64,000 bases of DNA from Actinomycetota bacterium (GTDB lineage: Bacteria > Actinomycetota > UBA4738 > HRBIN12), in NCBI GenBank assembly GCA_050692435.1, contig JBOGVG010000103.1, positions 2,897 to 66,896 on the forward strand. Reading direction: 5' to 3'. Of this stretch, positions 45,217-58,417 are shown in pieces. The translations under genes and the position numbers were made by a program. The notes under the pieces were generated by a model. The model was given only the letters and a program-made list of their open reading frames with translations. It was not told the origin of the DNA and searched no databases. The stretch's first letter is position 1. Every line of letters starts with the position of its first letter.

Positions 45217-46320
45217 GTGAAGTTCCGGTGCGACCGAGATGCCCTGTCCGAGGCGCTCCAGACCGTTCAGCGAGGCGTGTCGTCCCGGCCGGGGATCCCG
45301 GCGCTCACGGGCGTACTGCTCGAGGCGAGGCCGAACGGTGCCCTCACGCTTACGACCACCGACCTCGAGGTCTCCGCCCGCCTCGGCATCGAGGTGCAGG
45401 TCCAGGAGGAGGGGATCGTCCTGGTACCGGCCCGCCTGCTCGGCGACACGGTGAAGAGCCTGTCCGACGCTCCGGTGGAGTTCGACGCGGACCAGAGCCA
45501 GGCCTGGATCCGCTGCGCCGCGTACGAGGGCGCGCTTCGCCTGCTCCCCGCGGAGGACTTCCCAGCACTGCAACCGCCCACGGGGACGCGGATCGTGGTG
45601 GAGGCCTCGAAGTTCACCGAGGCCGTGGGGCAGGTGGCCCGGGCGGCGTCCCGGGACGAGGCTCGGCCCGTCCTGACGGGCGTGCTGGTCGAGGTGAGCC
45701 GGGAGGGCCTCACACTCGTGTCCACGGACTCGTACCGGCTCGCGGTCCGGGAGCTGGTGGCCACGGCCGCGGCGGAGGGGAAGGCCATCGTGCCGGAGCG
45801 GGCCATGTCCGAGGCGGGACGGGCGGCGGCCGCGGTCGACAAGGGCGATGTCGAGCTGCTCGTCGACGAGAGCCAGGTGGCCTTCCAGATCGGGAACCTC
45901 ATGCTCACCTCGCGGCTGATCGAGGGCGAGTTCCCGAACTACCGCCAGCTCCTGCCGGAGGCCTACGAGAACCGGCTCACGGTGTCCAGGCAGCAGTTGA
46001 CCGACGCGGTGCGCCGGGTGGGCCTCCTGGCCAGGGACACCTCGCCGGTCCGCCTGGAGTTCAACGCTCTCGGCGTGAAGCTCTCGTCCTCCTCCCCGGA
46101 CCTCGGGCAGGCCGTGGAGGCCGTGGAGGCTCGGTACGAGGGCGAGGACATGACGGCCGCGTTTAACCCGGCCTACCTGGCCGATGGATTGGCGGCGGCC
46201 ACGGGCGAAACGGTTCGTCTCGAGGTTCGCGACGGGCTGAAGCCCGGCCTGATCAAGGGCGAGAGCGACGAGTTCACCTATCTGGTGATGCCGGTGCGCC
46301 TGCCCACTCCGGTCGGCTGA
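45217..46320 (+). CDS. dnaN: DNA polymerase III beta sliding clamp
   Basis: MKFRCDRDALSEALQTVQRGVSSR...LTGVLLEA... 367 aa with three-domain length. GTG start. Confidence 0.95.
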   Translation: MKFRCDRDALSEALQTVQRGVSSRPGIPALTGVLLEARPNGALTLTTTDLEVSARLGIEVQVQEEGIVLVPARLLGDTVKSLSDAPVEFDADQSQAWIRCAAYEGALRLLPAEDFPALQPPTGTRIVVEASKFTEAVGQVARAASRDEARPVLTGVLVEVSREGLTLVSTDSYRLAVRELVATAAAEGKAIVPERAMSEAGRAAAAVDKGDVELLVDESQVAFQIGNLMLTSRLIEGEFPNYRQLLPEAYENRLTVSRQQLTDAVRRVGLLARDTSPVRLEFNALGVKLSSSSPDLGQAVEAVEARYEGEDMTAAFNPAYLADGLAAATGETVRLEVRDGLKPGLIKGESDEFTYLVMPVRLPTPVG

Positions 46321-46336
46321 TCCTCCCGGGGATGCG

Positions 46337-47467
46337 TTGCGGCTTCTGTGGGCCGAGCTGAAGGATTTCCGCAACCACCCGAACACCCGCCTGCCCGACA
46401 TCCCCGATGGGTTGGTGGTGGCGGTGGGAGGGAACGGGGAGGGCAAGACGAACCTCCTCGAAGGCCTGGCGTTCCTGTTCTTCTTGGCATCGCCCCGGGT
46501 CTCGAGCACCGAGCCGCTGGTGCGCCGCGGCGCCGAGGCCGCCTATGTGCGCGGCGAGATCGAGACCGCAGGCGGACGGATCATGGTCGAGGTGGAGATC
46601 CCGGGGCGGGGAGCGAACCGGGTGCACGTGAACCGGTCCCCGGTGCGGCGGAAGCGGGACCTGCGGCGGCAGGTCCGGGCGGCGTTCTTCGGGCCCGACG
46701 ATCTGGACGTGGTCAGGGGCGATCCATCGGAACGAAGGAGGTTCATGGACGAGGCCGTGACGTCGCTGTGGCCGCTCAAGGAGTCGGCCCTCACGGCGTA
46801 CGACCGGACCCTTCGGCAGCGGAACCGCCTCCTTAAGGACTGGGAAGGCCGGGCGGGGCCGGCGGACCTCGAGACGTGGGATCGGGAACTGGTGGAGAAC
46901 GGGTGTGCCGTCATGCGGCTGCGGACGGAGGCGGTGGCGCGCCTTGCCCCGGGCGCCGAGGAGGAATTCGGGGTGCTGGCGGGGTACGGGCTGGCGAGCG
47001 AGTACCGGCCATCGGTGTGGGGCGAAAACCTGGAGGAGGCCTTCCGGGAGCGCCTGGCGGAGCGACGGCAGGACGAGCTGGTGCGCCGGACCAGCCTGGT
47101 CGGTCCGCACCGGGACGACCTGGAGCTCGCCGTGCGGGATCTCGGGGCCCGGGCGTTCGCCTCCCACGGCGAGGCTTGGGGGGCGGCGCTGTGCCTGCGC
47201 CTGGGGCTGGCCGAGGCCCTGGGAGAGGAGGCGGGGGAGCGCCCGGTCGTCCTGCTTGACGATCCCTTCTCCGCCTTGGACCCCCAGCGCCAGACGCGCG
47301 TTGGGGAGCGGCTCTCCGCCCGAGGCCAAGTTGTGCTGTCGGTCGCCGACGAGGCGCACGTCCCGGCGCACATGGACGCGGTGTGGGAAGTGTCGGCGGG
47401 TGCGGTTACGGTTCGAGGCGGGGGTTCGGGGGTCTCAACAAGCGACCCGGGAAGGGGGGGAGGGTGA
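46337..47467 (+). CDS. recF: DNA replication/repair protein RecF
   Basis: Walker A GGNGEGKTNLLEG, the signature region and Walker B VVLLDDPFSALD. TTG start. Confidence 0.9.
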   Translation: MRLLWAELKDFRNHPNTRLPDIPDGLVVAVGGNGEGKTNLLEGLAFLFFLASPRVSSTEPLVRRGAEAAYVRGEIETAGGRIMVEVEIPGRGANRVHVNRSPVRRKRDLRRQVRAAFFGPDDLDVVRGDPSERRRFMDEAVTSLWPLKESALTAYDRTLRQRNRLLKDWEGRAGPADLETWDRELVENGCAVMRLRTEAVARLAPGAEEEFGVLAGYGLASEYRPSVWGENLEEAFRERLAERRQDELVRRTSLVGPHRDDLELAVRDLGARAFASHGEAWGAALCLRLGLAEALGEEAGERPVVLLDDPFSALDPQRQTRVGERLSARGQVVLSVADEAHVPAHMDAVWEVSAGAVTVRGGGSGVSTSDPGRGGG

Positions 47468-47820
47468 TGCCGTCGGGAATGTGGCGGCGGGGCCGGAAGG
47501 ACGAGCGAACCATCGAGAGCACGCCCATCGGCGACGTGGTGGACGGACTCCTTCGGGAACGAGCCTTCGCCCGGGGGCTGCCCGTGGGGCGGCTGGCCAC
47601 CAAGTGGCAACTGGTGGTGGGGCCGCGCCTGGCCTCCGAGTCCGCCCCGGTGAGCCTGGAGGAAGGCGTCCTCGTGGTTGCCGCGAGCTCCGGGCCGTGG
47701 GGCGCGCAAGCCCGGTTCCTGGCCGACGAGATCCGCGGTCGGGCCAACGAAACGCTCGGATCCGACGAAGTCCGGAAGGTGCGGATCGTGGTCCGCGCCG
47801 AACCGCAGAGAGGCTTGTGA
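47467..47820 (+). CDS. dciA: DUF721/DciA-family protein (Rv0004 position, helicase-loading factor family)
   Basis: 117 aa: IGDVVDGLL...LATKWQLVVGPRLASESAPVSLEEGVLVVAASSGPWGAQARF. The ATG overlaps the recF TGA. It lies between recF and gyrB. Confidence 0.7.
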   Translation: MPSGMWRRGRKDERTIESTPIGDVVDGLLRERAFARGLPVGRLATKWQLVVGPRLASESAPVSLEEGVLVVAASSGPWGAQARFLADEIRGRANETLGSDEVRKVRIVVRAEPQRGL

Positions 47821-47868
47821 GGCAACGGTTTCGCAGTGCCCCCGACACCGGGCGGAGGGCGGTTGCGA

Positions 47869-47877
47869 TGGTAGAAT
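47869..47877 (+). promoter_or_regulatory. Extended -10 element TGgTAGAAT upstream of gyrB
   Basis: Read directly. It is the best TANNNT match in the 150-bp gap. No convincing -35 element is present. Confidence 0.35.
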
Positions 47878-47901
47878 TGCATGTGTAGTTCCCCCGCGTG
47901 A

Positions 47902-52369
<4,468 letters not shown>

Positions 52370-52372
52370 CCG

Positions 52373-53656
52373 TCAGGACGACGGCGAGACCCGTTCCTCG
52401 GGGAACGGTACCCGCCGGAACGTCGCGTACAACAGGAGGTCGTAGGCGACCTTCAGTCCTCCTGCCACGGCGAAGGGGGCTCCGATGGCTACCCGCTGCA
52501 TCAGCAGGCCCGCGCCGACCGGCCCCACGGGCCGAGCCGCGTACCGCGCGGTGTTCGTGAAGGCGGCCGCGGCTGTTCGCTCCTCCGGGTCGACCATTGC
52601 CACCACGTAGGCCTGGCGCGCCGGCACGTCCATCTGCGACAGCGCGAACCGTGCCAGCAGCACGGCGATGGCCCATCCGAGGGACGGCATCACCGGGACC
52701 AGCATCAGCAGCACGTTCGAAGGGAGGTGCGTGAACACCATCGTGTTCAGCAGGCCGATCCGCGCGGCCACGCGCCCGGCCGCGACCGACGAGGCTGCTT
52801 GGAGCACGCCCGCGGCGAAGAACACCACGCCCATGAGCTCCGGGCTCGCCCCGAACGCCCGACCGAACCAGAACACGAGGAAGGCCTGGACCACGAACCC
52901 GCCGGCAAACGCATCCAGGCCGAACAGCGCCGCCAGCTTCGTAACGGTGCGTCGGGACGTCCGGAGCGGAGATCGGGAGAGGGCACGCGCTTCGGTCTGT
53001 GGGTCCCGTCGTCGCTTCCCTCCTCGACCCATACCCTCCGCGCGACCCGCTCCCGCTTCGACGGCTGCCGACAGCCGACCGGCAAGAGCTACGCACGCGA
53101 TCGCCAGCGCCGGGAAGGCCAGCAGCCACCGCTGGTCGGGGGGGATGGTGGGCAAGAGCTCTCGGAGTGCCGCGGGACCACCACCGACCAGGGACCCGAC
53201 CGCGCCCCCCAGGTACGCCACCGCGTTGTACCGTCCGAACACCCTGGCCCGGTGGGCCGGCGGAGCGCTCCCTATCATGGCCTGCTCGAGCGAGGTCATG
53301 GGCCCGGATTCGTTGGGGTCGGTGGAGAGGGTGCCGGTGAGCGCCGCCGCGACCAGCAGCAGGAGCGAGTCGGTCAGGGCGAACACCGCCCCCGCGAGGC
53401 CCATCACCAGCAGGAGCACCGAGTAGGCTCGCCGCCGGCCGGCGCGGTCCGCCACCAACCCGACCGCGATCGAGCTCGCCGCCGCGCCCGCCAACATCGC
53501 CGTGAAGACCACGCCGACCGCGACGTCGGTGAGCCCGCCGCGCAGGAGCGAGGTCCCGAGGACCACGCTCCCGAACCCGTACAGGAACGCCCGGAGGGCT
53601 TGGATCGTCAGGATCAACCGGAGGTCGGCGAGCTCGGCGCTACGGGTTCGGCTCAC
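52373..53656 (-). CDS. MFS transporter
   Basis: 12 TM pattern, with the loop motif GLVADRAGRRRA between TM2 and TM3. GTG start. Confidence 0.8.
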   Translation of the reverse strand: MSRTRSAELADLRLILTIQALRAFLYGFGSVVLGTSLLRGGLTDVAVGVVFTAMLAGAAASSIAVGLVADRAGRRRAYSVLLLVMGLAGAVFALTDSLLLLVAAALTGTLSTDPNESGPMTSLEQAMIGSAPPAHRARVFGRYNAVAYLGGAVGSLVGGGPAALRELLPTIPPDQRWLLAFPALAIACVALAGRLSAAVEAGAGRAEGMGRGGKRRRDPQTEARALSRSPLRTSRRTVTKLAALFGLDAFAGGFVVQAFLVFWFGRAFGASPELMGVVFFAAGVLQAASSVAAGRVAARIGLLNTMVFTHLPSNVLLMLVPVMPSLGWAIAVLLARFALSQMDVPARQAYVVAMVDPEERTAAAAFTNTARYAARPVGPVGAGLLMQRVAIGAPFAVAGGLKVAYDLLLYATFRRVPFPEERVSPSS

Positions 53657-54046
53657 ACCTGGTGTCGCGATTCGCGACCCACCTCGGCCACCTCCTCAGG
53701 AGGCTCCATAATCGCACCCGTGAACCCCGCGGCCGGCGTCGTGCTGATCGCCGGCGGCGCCGCCGCCGGACTGCTCGGGGCGTTCGTGCTGTGGAGACGG
53801 CTGCCGCCGGTGGGCGCCGTCGGGTTCGTGTCCGGGTCAGGCCTCGCGACCGGCGCCGGGGCCCTGCTCGTGCAGGAGAACTCCGGGGCAGGCGACTGGG
53901 TCATCACGCTGGCGGTCTTGGCGGTGGTCGGTCCGCTCCACTGTCGTGTGCTCTTCGGCGCACCGGACGGAGCCCTTGCCGGCTCGCTTCGGGGCTCGGG
54001 GTTGTTGCCGAAGCTGGCCGGGCCGCGTAGAAAGACGGGGTATCCG

Positions 54047-54514
54047 ATGACTCAGCGTATGGACAAACCCGGTCTCGCCACGGAACCGACCGCGCCGGCG
54101 CCCGCCCCGGACGTTGGAACAGTGGCGGGCGTGCCTGCGGGAACGGCGACCCGGCCGCGCCGTCGGGCCCGTCAGACCCGGGTGGTGATCCGGAAGATCG
54201 GGCCGTGGTCGGTGTTTAAGTTCTCGCTCCTGTTCTATTCCTGCATCGTCCTGGTGATCCTGCTCGCGGTGGCGATGCTCTATTGGATCTTGGGGGCGAT
54301 CGGCGCGATCGAGCACCTGACCGAGTTCACGCGACAGCTGTGGCCGGAAGAGGACTTCAAGATCCACGGAGCTTGGATCTTCGCCCGCATGACGCTGATC
54401 GGGGTGGCCATGGTCATCATCTGGTCGCTCATCAACCTGTTCCTCGCGTTCCTATACAACCTCATCTCGGACGTCGTGGGTGGGATCGAGGTCACGCTGG
54501 CCGAGCCCCATTGA
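54047..54514 (+). CDS. DUF3566-domain membrane protein (Rv0007 position)
   Basis: RRRARQTRVVIRKIGPWSVFKFSLLFYSCIVLVILLAVAMLYWILGAIG...LFLAFLYNLISDVVGGIEVTL. The frame stays open upstream to GTG 53720, which would add 3 TM helices, so the true start may be earlier. Confidence 0.75.
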   Translation: MTQRMDKPGLATEPTAPAPAPDVGTVAGVPAGTATRPRRRARQTRVVIRKIGPWSVFKFSLLFYSCIVLVILLAVAMLYWILGAIGAIEHLTEFTRQLWPEEDFKIHGAWIFARMTLIGVAMVIIWSLINLFLAFLYNLISDVVGGIEVTLAEPH

Positions 54515-54554
54515 GCGGCGCCTTCCTCCAAGAATCGGCAGGTCGCCCACGACG

Positions 54555-54584
54555 TTGACAGCCCGTTTGAGCCACGCGTACGCT
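54555..54584 (+). promoter_or_regulatory. Sigma-70-type promoter for tRNA-Ile: -35 TTGACA, 18-nt spacer, -10 TACGCT
   Basis: Read directly. It lies about 40 nt upstream of the tRNA 5' end. Confidence 0.5.
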
Positions 54585-54623
54585 TGCCGGGACCCGGGTG
54601 GATGGGGCCTTGGGGTTCGCTTC

Positions 54624-54698
54624 GGGCCTGTAGCTCAGCTCGGTTAGAGCGCATCCCTGATAAGGATGAGGTCGTTGGTTCAAGTCCAACCAGGCCCA
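54624..54698 (+). tRNA. ileT: tRNA-Ile (anticodon GAT)
   Basis: Hand-folded cloverleaf: acceptor GGGCCTG/CAGGCCC, D stem GCTC/GAGC, anticodon stem CATCC/GGATG with loop CTGATAA, and T arm GTTGG-TTCAAGT-CCAAC. CCA is not encoded. Confidence 0.95.
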
Positions 54699-54719
54699 CC
54701 GCGAAAGGAGGAGACTCGG

Positions 54720-54890
54720 ATGGCGGAAGGCGAGGAGTCCGAGAAGAAGCACGGCTTCTTCGGGAAGCTGCTCCGTCTGGCGTTCATCGGGGCGATGATT
54801 GCCGCGATCGTCGCGTTCTTCAAGCGGCGCCGCGGTCAGGAGTTCAGCGAAGATGAGTGGCAGGAGCTTCCCCCTCCGGAGGGCGGCTAG
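54720..54890 (+). CDS. 56-aa single-TM protein (MAEGEESEKKHGFFGKLLRLAFIGAMIAAIVAFFKRRRGQEFSEDEWQELPPPEGG)
   Basis: Strong RBS AAGGAGGAG 8-9 nt upstream of ATG 54720. One TM segment is followed by a basic patch and then an acidic, Trp-containing tail. Confidence 0.55.
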   Translation: MAEGEESEKKHGFFGKLLRLAFIGAMIAAIVAFFKRRRGQEFSEDEWQELPPPEGG

Positions 54891-54980
54891 GTTCCGGCGG
54901 CGTATCGAAGGGCCCGTGCCGCGGCACGGGCCTTTCGTGTTCCCGGGGCCGAACTGGGCCCACGGTAGACTCCCGGCGCC

Positions 54981-55841
54981 ATGGCGGTGAGCGAGGCCTG
55001 GAAGACAGCCGAGCAGGCCGCCCGCGCGGCGCAGGTGGAGCTTCGGCCCTGCACTTCCCTGGAAGATGCCGACGAGATCCTGCGGATCATGATCGCCACC
55101 TGGGGAGAGCACCAGTTCGTGCCCAGGGAGATGATCCGGGCCCTGTCCGACAGCGGGAACGAACCGTACGGGGCGTTTCGGCAAGGCGAGATGGTCGGCT
55201 ATGTCCTGGGGTGGATGGGGTCCGACCGAGACGGGCCGCACGTCCATTCCCACATGCTCGCGGTTGCTCCCGAGCTCCGCTCTCGGGGCGTGGGGTACGC
55301 CCTGAAGCTCGCGCAGCGGGCCCAGGCCCTCGAGCAGGGCTACGGCGTGGTCCGGTGGACCTTCGACCCGCTCCAGTCCCGCAACGCGCACTTCAACATC
55401 GGCAAGCTCGGGGTGGTATGCGACCGGTTCCACCGCAACTTCTACGGGGCCATGACGGACGTGATGAATCGAGGGGAGCGGAGCGACCGGCTCGTGGTGC
55501 GGTGGGACCTGGACCGGGCGGCCGGACCTCGGCCGGTCCCGAAGGGTGACGAGGTCGCCGTGCTCGAGGCGAACGGACCGGACAATCTGCCCCGACCGGT
55601 GCGCGCGGAGCCGATCGCGCCGGACGGAGGGAGCCTGCGGGTGTGCATCCCCCACGACTACGCGGGCATGAAGCAACGGGACCCGGGCCTGGCAGCTGAA
55701 TGGCGAGAGGCCGTGGGAGATGTGTTGGAGGAGTGTTTCGGCCACGGCGCGATCGTCGTGGCCTTCGGCTCGGCCGGCGACCGAGCGCCGGGTTACCGCC
55801 TCGTCTTCCCAGGCGCCGCCGACGATTGGGCGGGCCGATGA
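54981..55841 (+). CDS. GNAT-family acyltransferase
   Basis: The acyl-CoA binding motif region LAVAPELRSRGVGYALKLAQRAQA is followed by RWTFDPLQSRNAHFNIGKLG. It is translationally coupled (ATGA) to the enolase-superfamily gene. Confidence 0.7.
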   Translation: MAVSEAWKTAEQAARAAQVELRPCTSLEDADEILRIMIATWGEHQFVPREMIRALSDSGNEPYGAFRQGEMVGYVLGWMGSDRDGPHVHSHMLAVAPELRSRGVGYALKLAQRAQALEQGYGVVRWTFDPLQSRNAHFNIGKLGVVCDRFHRNFYGAMTDVMNRGERSDRLVVRWDLDRAAGPRPVPKGDEVAVLEANGPDNLPRPVRAEPIAPDGGSLRVCIPHDYAGMKQRDPGLAAEWREAVGDVLEECFGHGAIVVAFGSAGDRAPGYRLVFPGAADDWAGR

Positions 55842-57007
55842 CGCGGATCCGGGCCGTCGAGCTCCGGCTGGTCTCGCTCCCCTTGGTGCGTCCCTTCAGG
55901 ACCAGCTTTGGCCAGGAGACGGAGAAGGTCTGCATCGTGGCACGGGTGGAGACCGACGACGCCGAGGGATGGGGCGAGTGCGTGACCGGTCCCGAACCGG
56001 GGTTCTCGGAGGAGTTCAACGAGGGTGCCTGGTCCGTGATCCGCGACTTCCTCGCCCCGGCCCTGTTCGGGGCGGGCGACATCTCGGCCGAGGGGCTGGA
56101 TTGGGCTTTCGCCTTCGTCCGAGGGAACCCCATGGCCAAGGCCACCCTGATCGACGCCGTACTCGATGCGGAGCTTCGGGCGGGGGGAGCCTCACTCGCC
56201 CGGTACCTCGGTGCCGAGCGAGACCGGGTGGCGTGTGGCGTCTCCGTGGGCATCGCCCCCACCGCCGAGGCGTTGGTGGAAGAGATCGGCAGCTATCTGG
56301 CCGAGGGATACCGACGGATCAAGCTGAAGATCCAGCCTGGCCTCGACGTCGAGCGGGTGGCCCCGGTGCGCGAGGCCTACCCCGAGGTCCTCCTGTCGGT
56401 AGACGCGAACGCCGCGTACACGCTGGAGGATGCCGGGACCTTCCTGGCCCTCGACGCCTTCGACCTGCTCATGGTGGAGCAGCCCTTGCACCACGAGGAC
56501 CTGGTGGACCACGCGGAGTTGCAACGGCGGATCCGCACGGACATCTGCCTGGACGAATCGATCCGCTCGGCGACCGGGGCGGGGGCCGCGTTGACGCTCG
56601 GTTCCTGCCGGATCGTGAACATCAAGCAGGGACGGGTCGGTGGGTTGCTGGAGGCGAGGCGCGTCCACGACGTCTGCCGTTCCGGGGGTGTTCCGGTGTG
56701 GTGCGGAGGGATGCTCGAGACCGGGATCGGCCGGGCAGCCAACCTGGCCCTGGCGGCGCTCCCCGGATTCACCTTGCCCGGGGACACGAGCGCCAGCCGC
56801 CGGTACTTCCACGAGGACCTCACCGAGCCCTTCGAGATGGACTCCGACGGGACGATGGCCGTGCCCCAGGGGCCGGGGCTCGGCGTGGAGCCCCGCCCCG
56901 AGCGCCTCACGGAATGCACCGTCCGGACGGAGCTCCTGAGAAAAGGTGACAAGATCGCCCATCCCGGCTTGACCGCCGGAGGTGGAGTCCCATACAGTGC
57001 GCGATGA
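55838..57007 (+). CDS. menC: Enolase-superfamily o-succinylbenzoate synthase / N-succinylamino-acid racemase
   Basis: MR/MLE-type: IKLKIQPG (KxK), SVDANAAY, MVEQPL, LDES and NIKQGRVGG. The OSBS versus NSAR role is ambiguous. Confidence 0.8.
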   Translation: MTRIRAVELRLVSLPLVRPFRTSFGQETEKVCIVARVETDDAEGWGECVTGPEPGFSEEFNEGAWSVIRDFLAPALFGAGDISAEGLDWAFAFVRGNPMAKATLIDAVLDAELRAGGASLARYLGAERDRVACGVSVGIAPTAEALVEEIGSYLAEGYRRIKLKIQPGLDVERVAPVREAYPEVLLSVDANAAYTLEDAGTFLALDAFDLLMVEQPLHHEDLVDHAELQRRIRTDICLDESIRSATGAGAALTLGSCRIVNIKQGRVGGLLEARRVHDVCRSGGVPVWCGGMLETGIGRAANLALAALPGFTLPGDTSASRRYFHEDLTEPFEMDSDGTMAVPQGPGLGVEPRPERLTECTVRTELLRKGDKIAHPGLTAGGGVPYSAR

Positions 57008-57050
57008 GAGGCCGCTGGGACCTTCGGGTTTCGGCGGTCTCTCGCTTTTG
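57006..57050 (+). terminator. Intrinsic terminator after menC: 17-bp stem, TTCG loop, TTTT tail
   Basis: GAGAGGCCGCTGGGACC-TTCG-GGTTTCGGCGGTCTCTC (13 Watson-Crick pairs plus 4 G-U pairs) followed by GCTTTTG. Confidence 0.7.
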
Positions 57051-57169
57051 CGCCCCGTGCCCGGCCCGTCCCCTCTCCTCCAGCGACGTCCCCGCCTGAG
57101 GCGGCCGGTGGGCCCCTCACGACCCGCCCCGTGACCCTGCCGACGTGGCCCCTCACGTTCCAGATGTGG

Positions 57170-57197
57170 TTGACCGTTCCGCCCGGCGAGGTACTTT
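57170..57197 (+). promoter_or_regulatory. Candidate promoter of the mau-like operon: -35 TTGACC, 16-nt spacer, -10 TACTTT
   Basis: Read directly, about 70 nt upstream of ATG 57268. Confidence 0.4.
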
Positions 57198-57267
57198 GCG
57201 GGGGGCCTCCGGTCGCGCCATGCTAGGGGGCGGGCGTGGGCCGAGAGATGCGAACGAGGGTGATGCG

Positions 57268-57900
57268 ATGAAGAAGCGTATTCTGCGGGCGGGCGAGATC
57301 GAGATCGAGGACTCCCAGGGCAAGGTCCGGGCCCGGCTGGGGGTGACGAACGACGACTCGCCGTTCATGGCCCTCTACGGCTCCGACGAGCGGCTCCGGG
57401 CCCGGTTCGGCGTCCAGCTCGACGGGTCGGCCGGGCTGGCCATCGCGGACGACGAGGGCAAGGTTCGGGCCACGTTCGGCCTGTTCTCTGACGGCTCGGC
57501 CAGCTTGGCCATGGTCGACAGGAACGGGAAGGTTCGCGCCAAGTTCGGGCTGGGGACCGAGGGTTCCCCCACCCTGGCCCTCCGTAACAAGGACGGGCAG
57601 CTCGGGTTCGTGTACAGCCTTGCGCAGCAAGGCTCTCCAACGATCTCCCTCCAAGACGAGGACGGGAAGGTCCGGGTCCGGCTGGGGCTGGCCGCGGAGG
57701 GGTCACCGATCCTCCGCCTGCTGAACAGGGAAGGCGAGCTCAGGGCGATCATGGGCCTCACCTCGGACGGCACGCCGGTGATCCAGTTCATGGACAAGAG
57801 GGGCGAGCCCATGTGGATGGCGCCCGAGAAGTTCCCCGAGGAGTTCTCCATCGAGGGGGAGCCCATGGCCGAGCCCGTACCGGACCCCGGGGAGGCCTAG
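57268..57900 (+). CDS. Novel repeat protein: seven and a half 23-residue repeats, no signal peptide
   Basis: GAGGGTG RBS. The repeats are FMALYGSDERLRARFGVQLDGSA / GLAIADDEGKVRATFGLFSDGSA / SLAMVDRNGKVRAKFGLGTEGSP / TLALRNKDGQLGFVYSLAQQGSP / TISLQDEDGKVRVRLGLAAEGSP / ILRLLNREGELRAIMGLTSDGTP and further units. The C-terminal tail is acidic. Confidence 0.7.
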   Translation: MKKRILRAGEIEIEDSQGKVRARLGVTNDDSPFMALYGSDERLRARFGVQLDGSAGLAIADDEGKVRATFGLFSDGSASLAMVDRNGKVRAKFGLGTEGSPTLALRNKDGQLGFVYSLAQQGSPTISLQDEDGKVRVRLGLAAEGSPILRLLNREGELRAIMGLTSDGTPVIQFMDKRGEPMWMAPEKFPEEFSIEGEPMAEPVPDPGEA

Positions 57901-57904
57901 CCGG

Positions 57905-58417
57905 GTGTCCGGCTGGTGGGTGGCCGCCTTCGCAGTCCAATGGGTACTGGTCGTCGTCCTGTGCGTCGTGGTGGTGGCCCTGGCCAGGCAGGTGGGCGTC
58001 CTCCACCTGCGCCTCGGACCGCTGGGCGCGCTGGAGGTCGATGAGGAGGGGCCGCCCCTCGGCGAGCCCGCCCAGCCGGTGACCGCCAGCGGACCCGATG
58101 GCGTTCCGACCGTGCTCGGAGGCCCCGGTCTGGGGCGCCTCGTCATGTTCGTCTCGCCCACCTGTCCCCTCTGCGAGCAGGTCCTTCCCTCGGTGGCCGC
58201 CGCGGCAAGCCTCTCCGGCCTGGTCCCGCAGGTGGTGTCGGACCCTGCTGCCGAGCACGCCTGGGGGGTGCCGGGCGTTCCTTTCGTGGTGGTCCTGAAC
58301 GAGGCGGGCGTTGTGCGGGCCAAAGGCACCGTGAACAACCTCGAGCAGCTCGAGGGGCTGGTGGACACGGCCTCCCGCCGCGCGGCCGAGCGGATCTTGG
58401 GGGTACCCGCCGGCTGA
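57905..58417 (+). CDS. MauD-like membrane-anchored thioredoxin-fold protein (CPLC)
   Basis: N-terminal TM segment followed by ALARQVGVLHLRLGPLGAL, then FVSPTCPLCEQVLP, then GVVRAKGTVNNLEQLEGLV. These match the MauD accessory-protein pattern as I recall it. GTG start. Confidence 0.7.
   Translation: MSGWWVAAFAVQWVLVVVLCVVVVALARQVGVLHLRLGPLGALEVDEEGPPLGEPAQPVTASGPDGVPTVLGGPGLGRLVMFVSPTCPLCEQVLPSVAAAASLSGLVPQVVSDPAAEHAWGVPGVPFVVVLNEAGVVRAKGTVNNLEQLEGLVDTASRRAAERILGVPAG

Noticed and set aside
45211-45226. parS-like half site GAGACACGTGAAGTT at the dnaN start.
   Set aside because: Only the central CACGTGAA is shared, and about 9/16 positions match, which is too degenerate.
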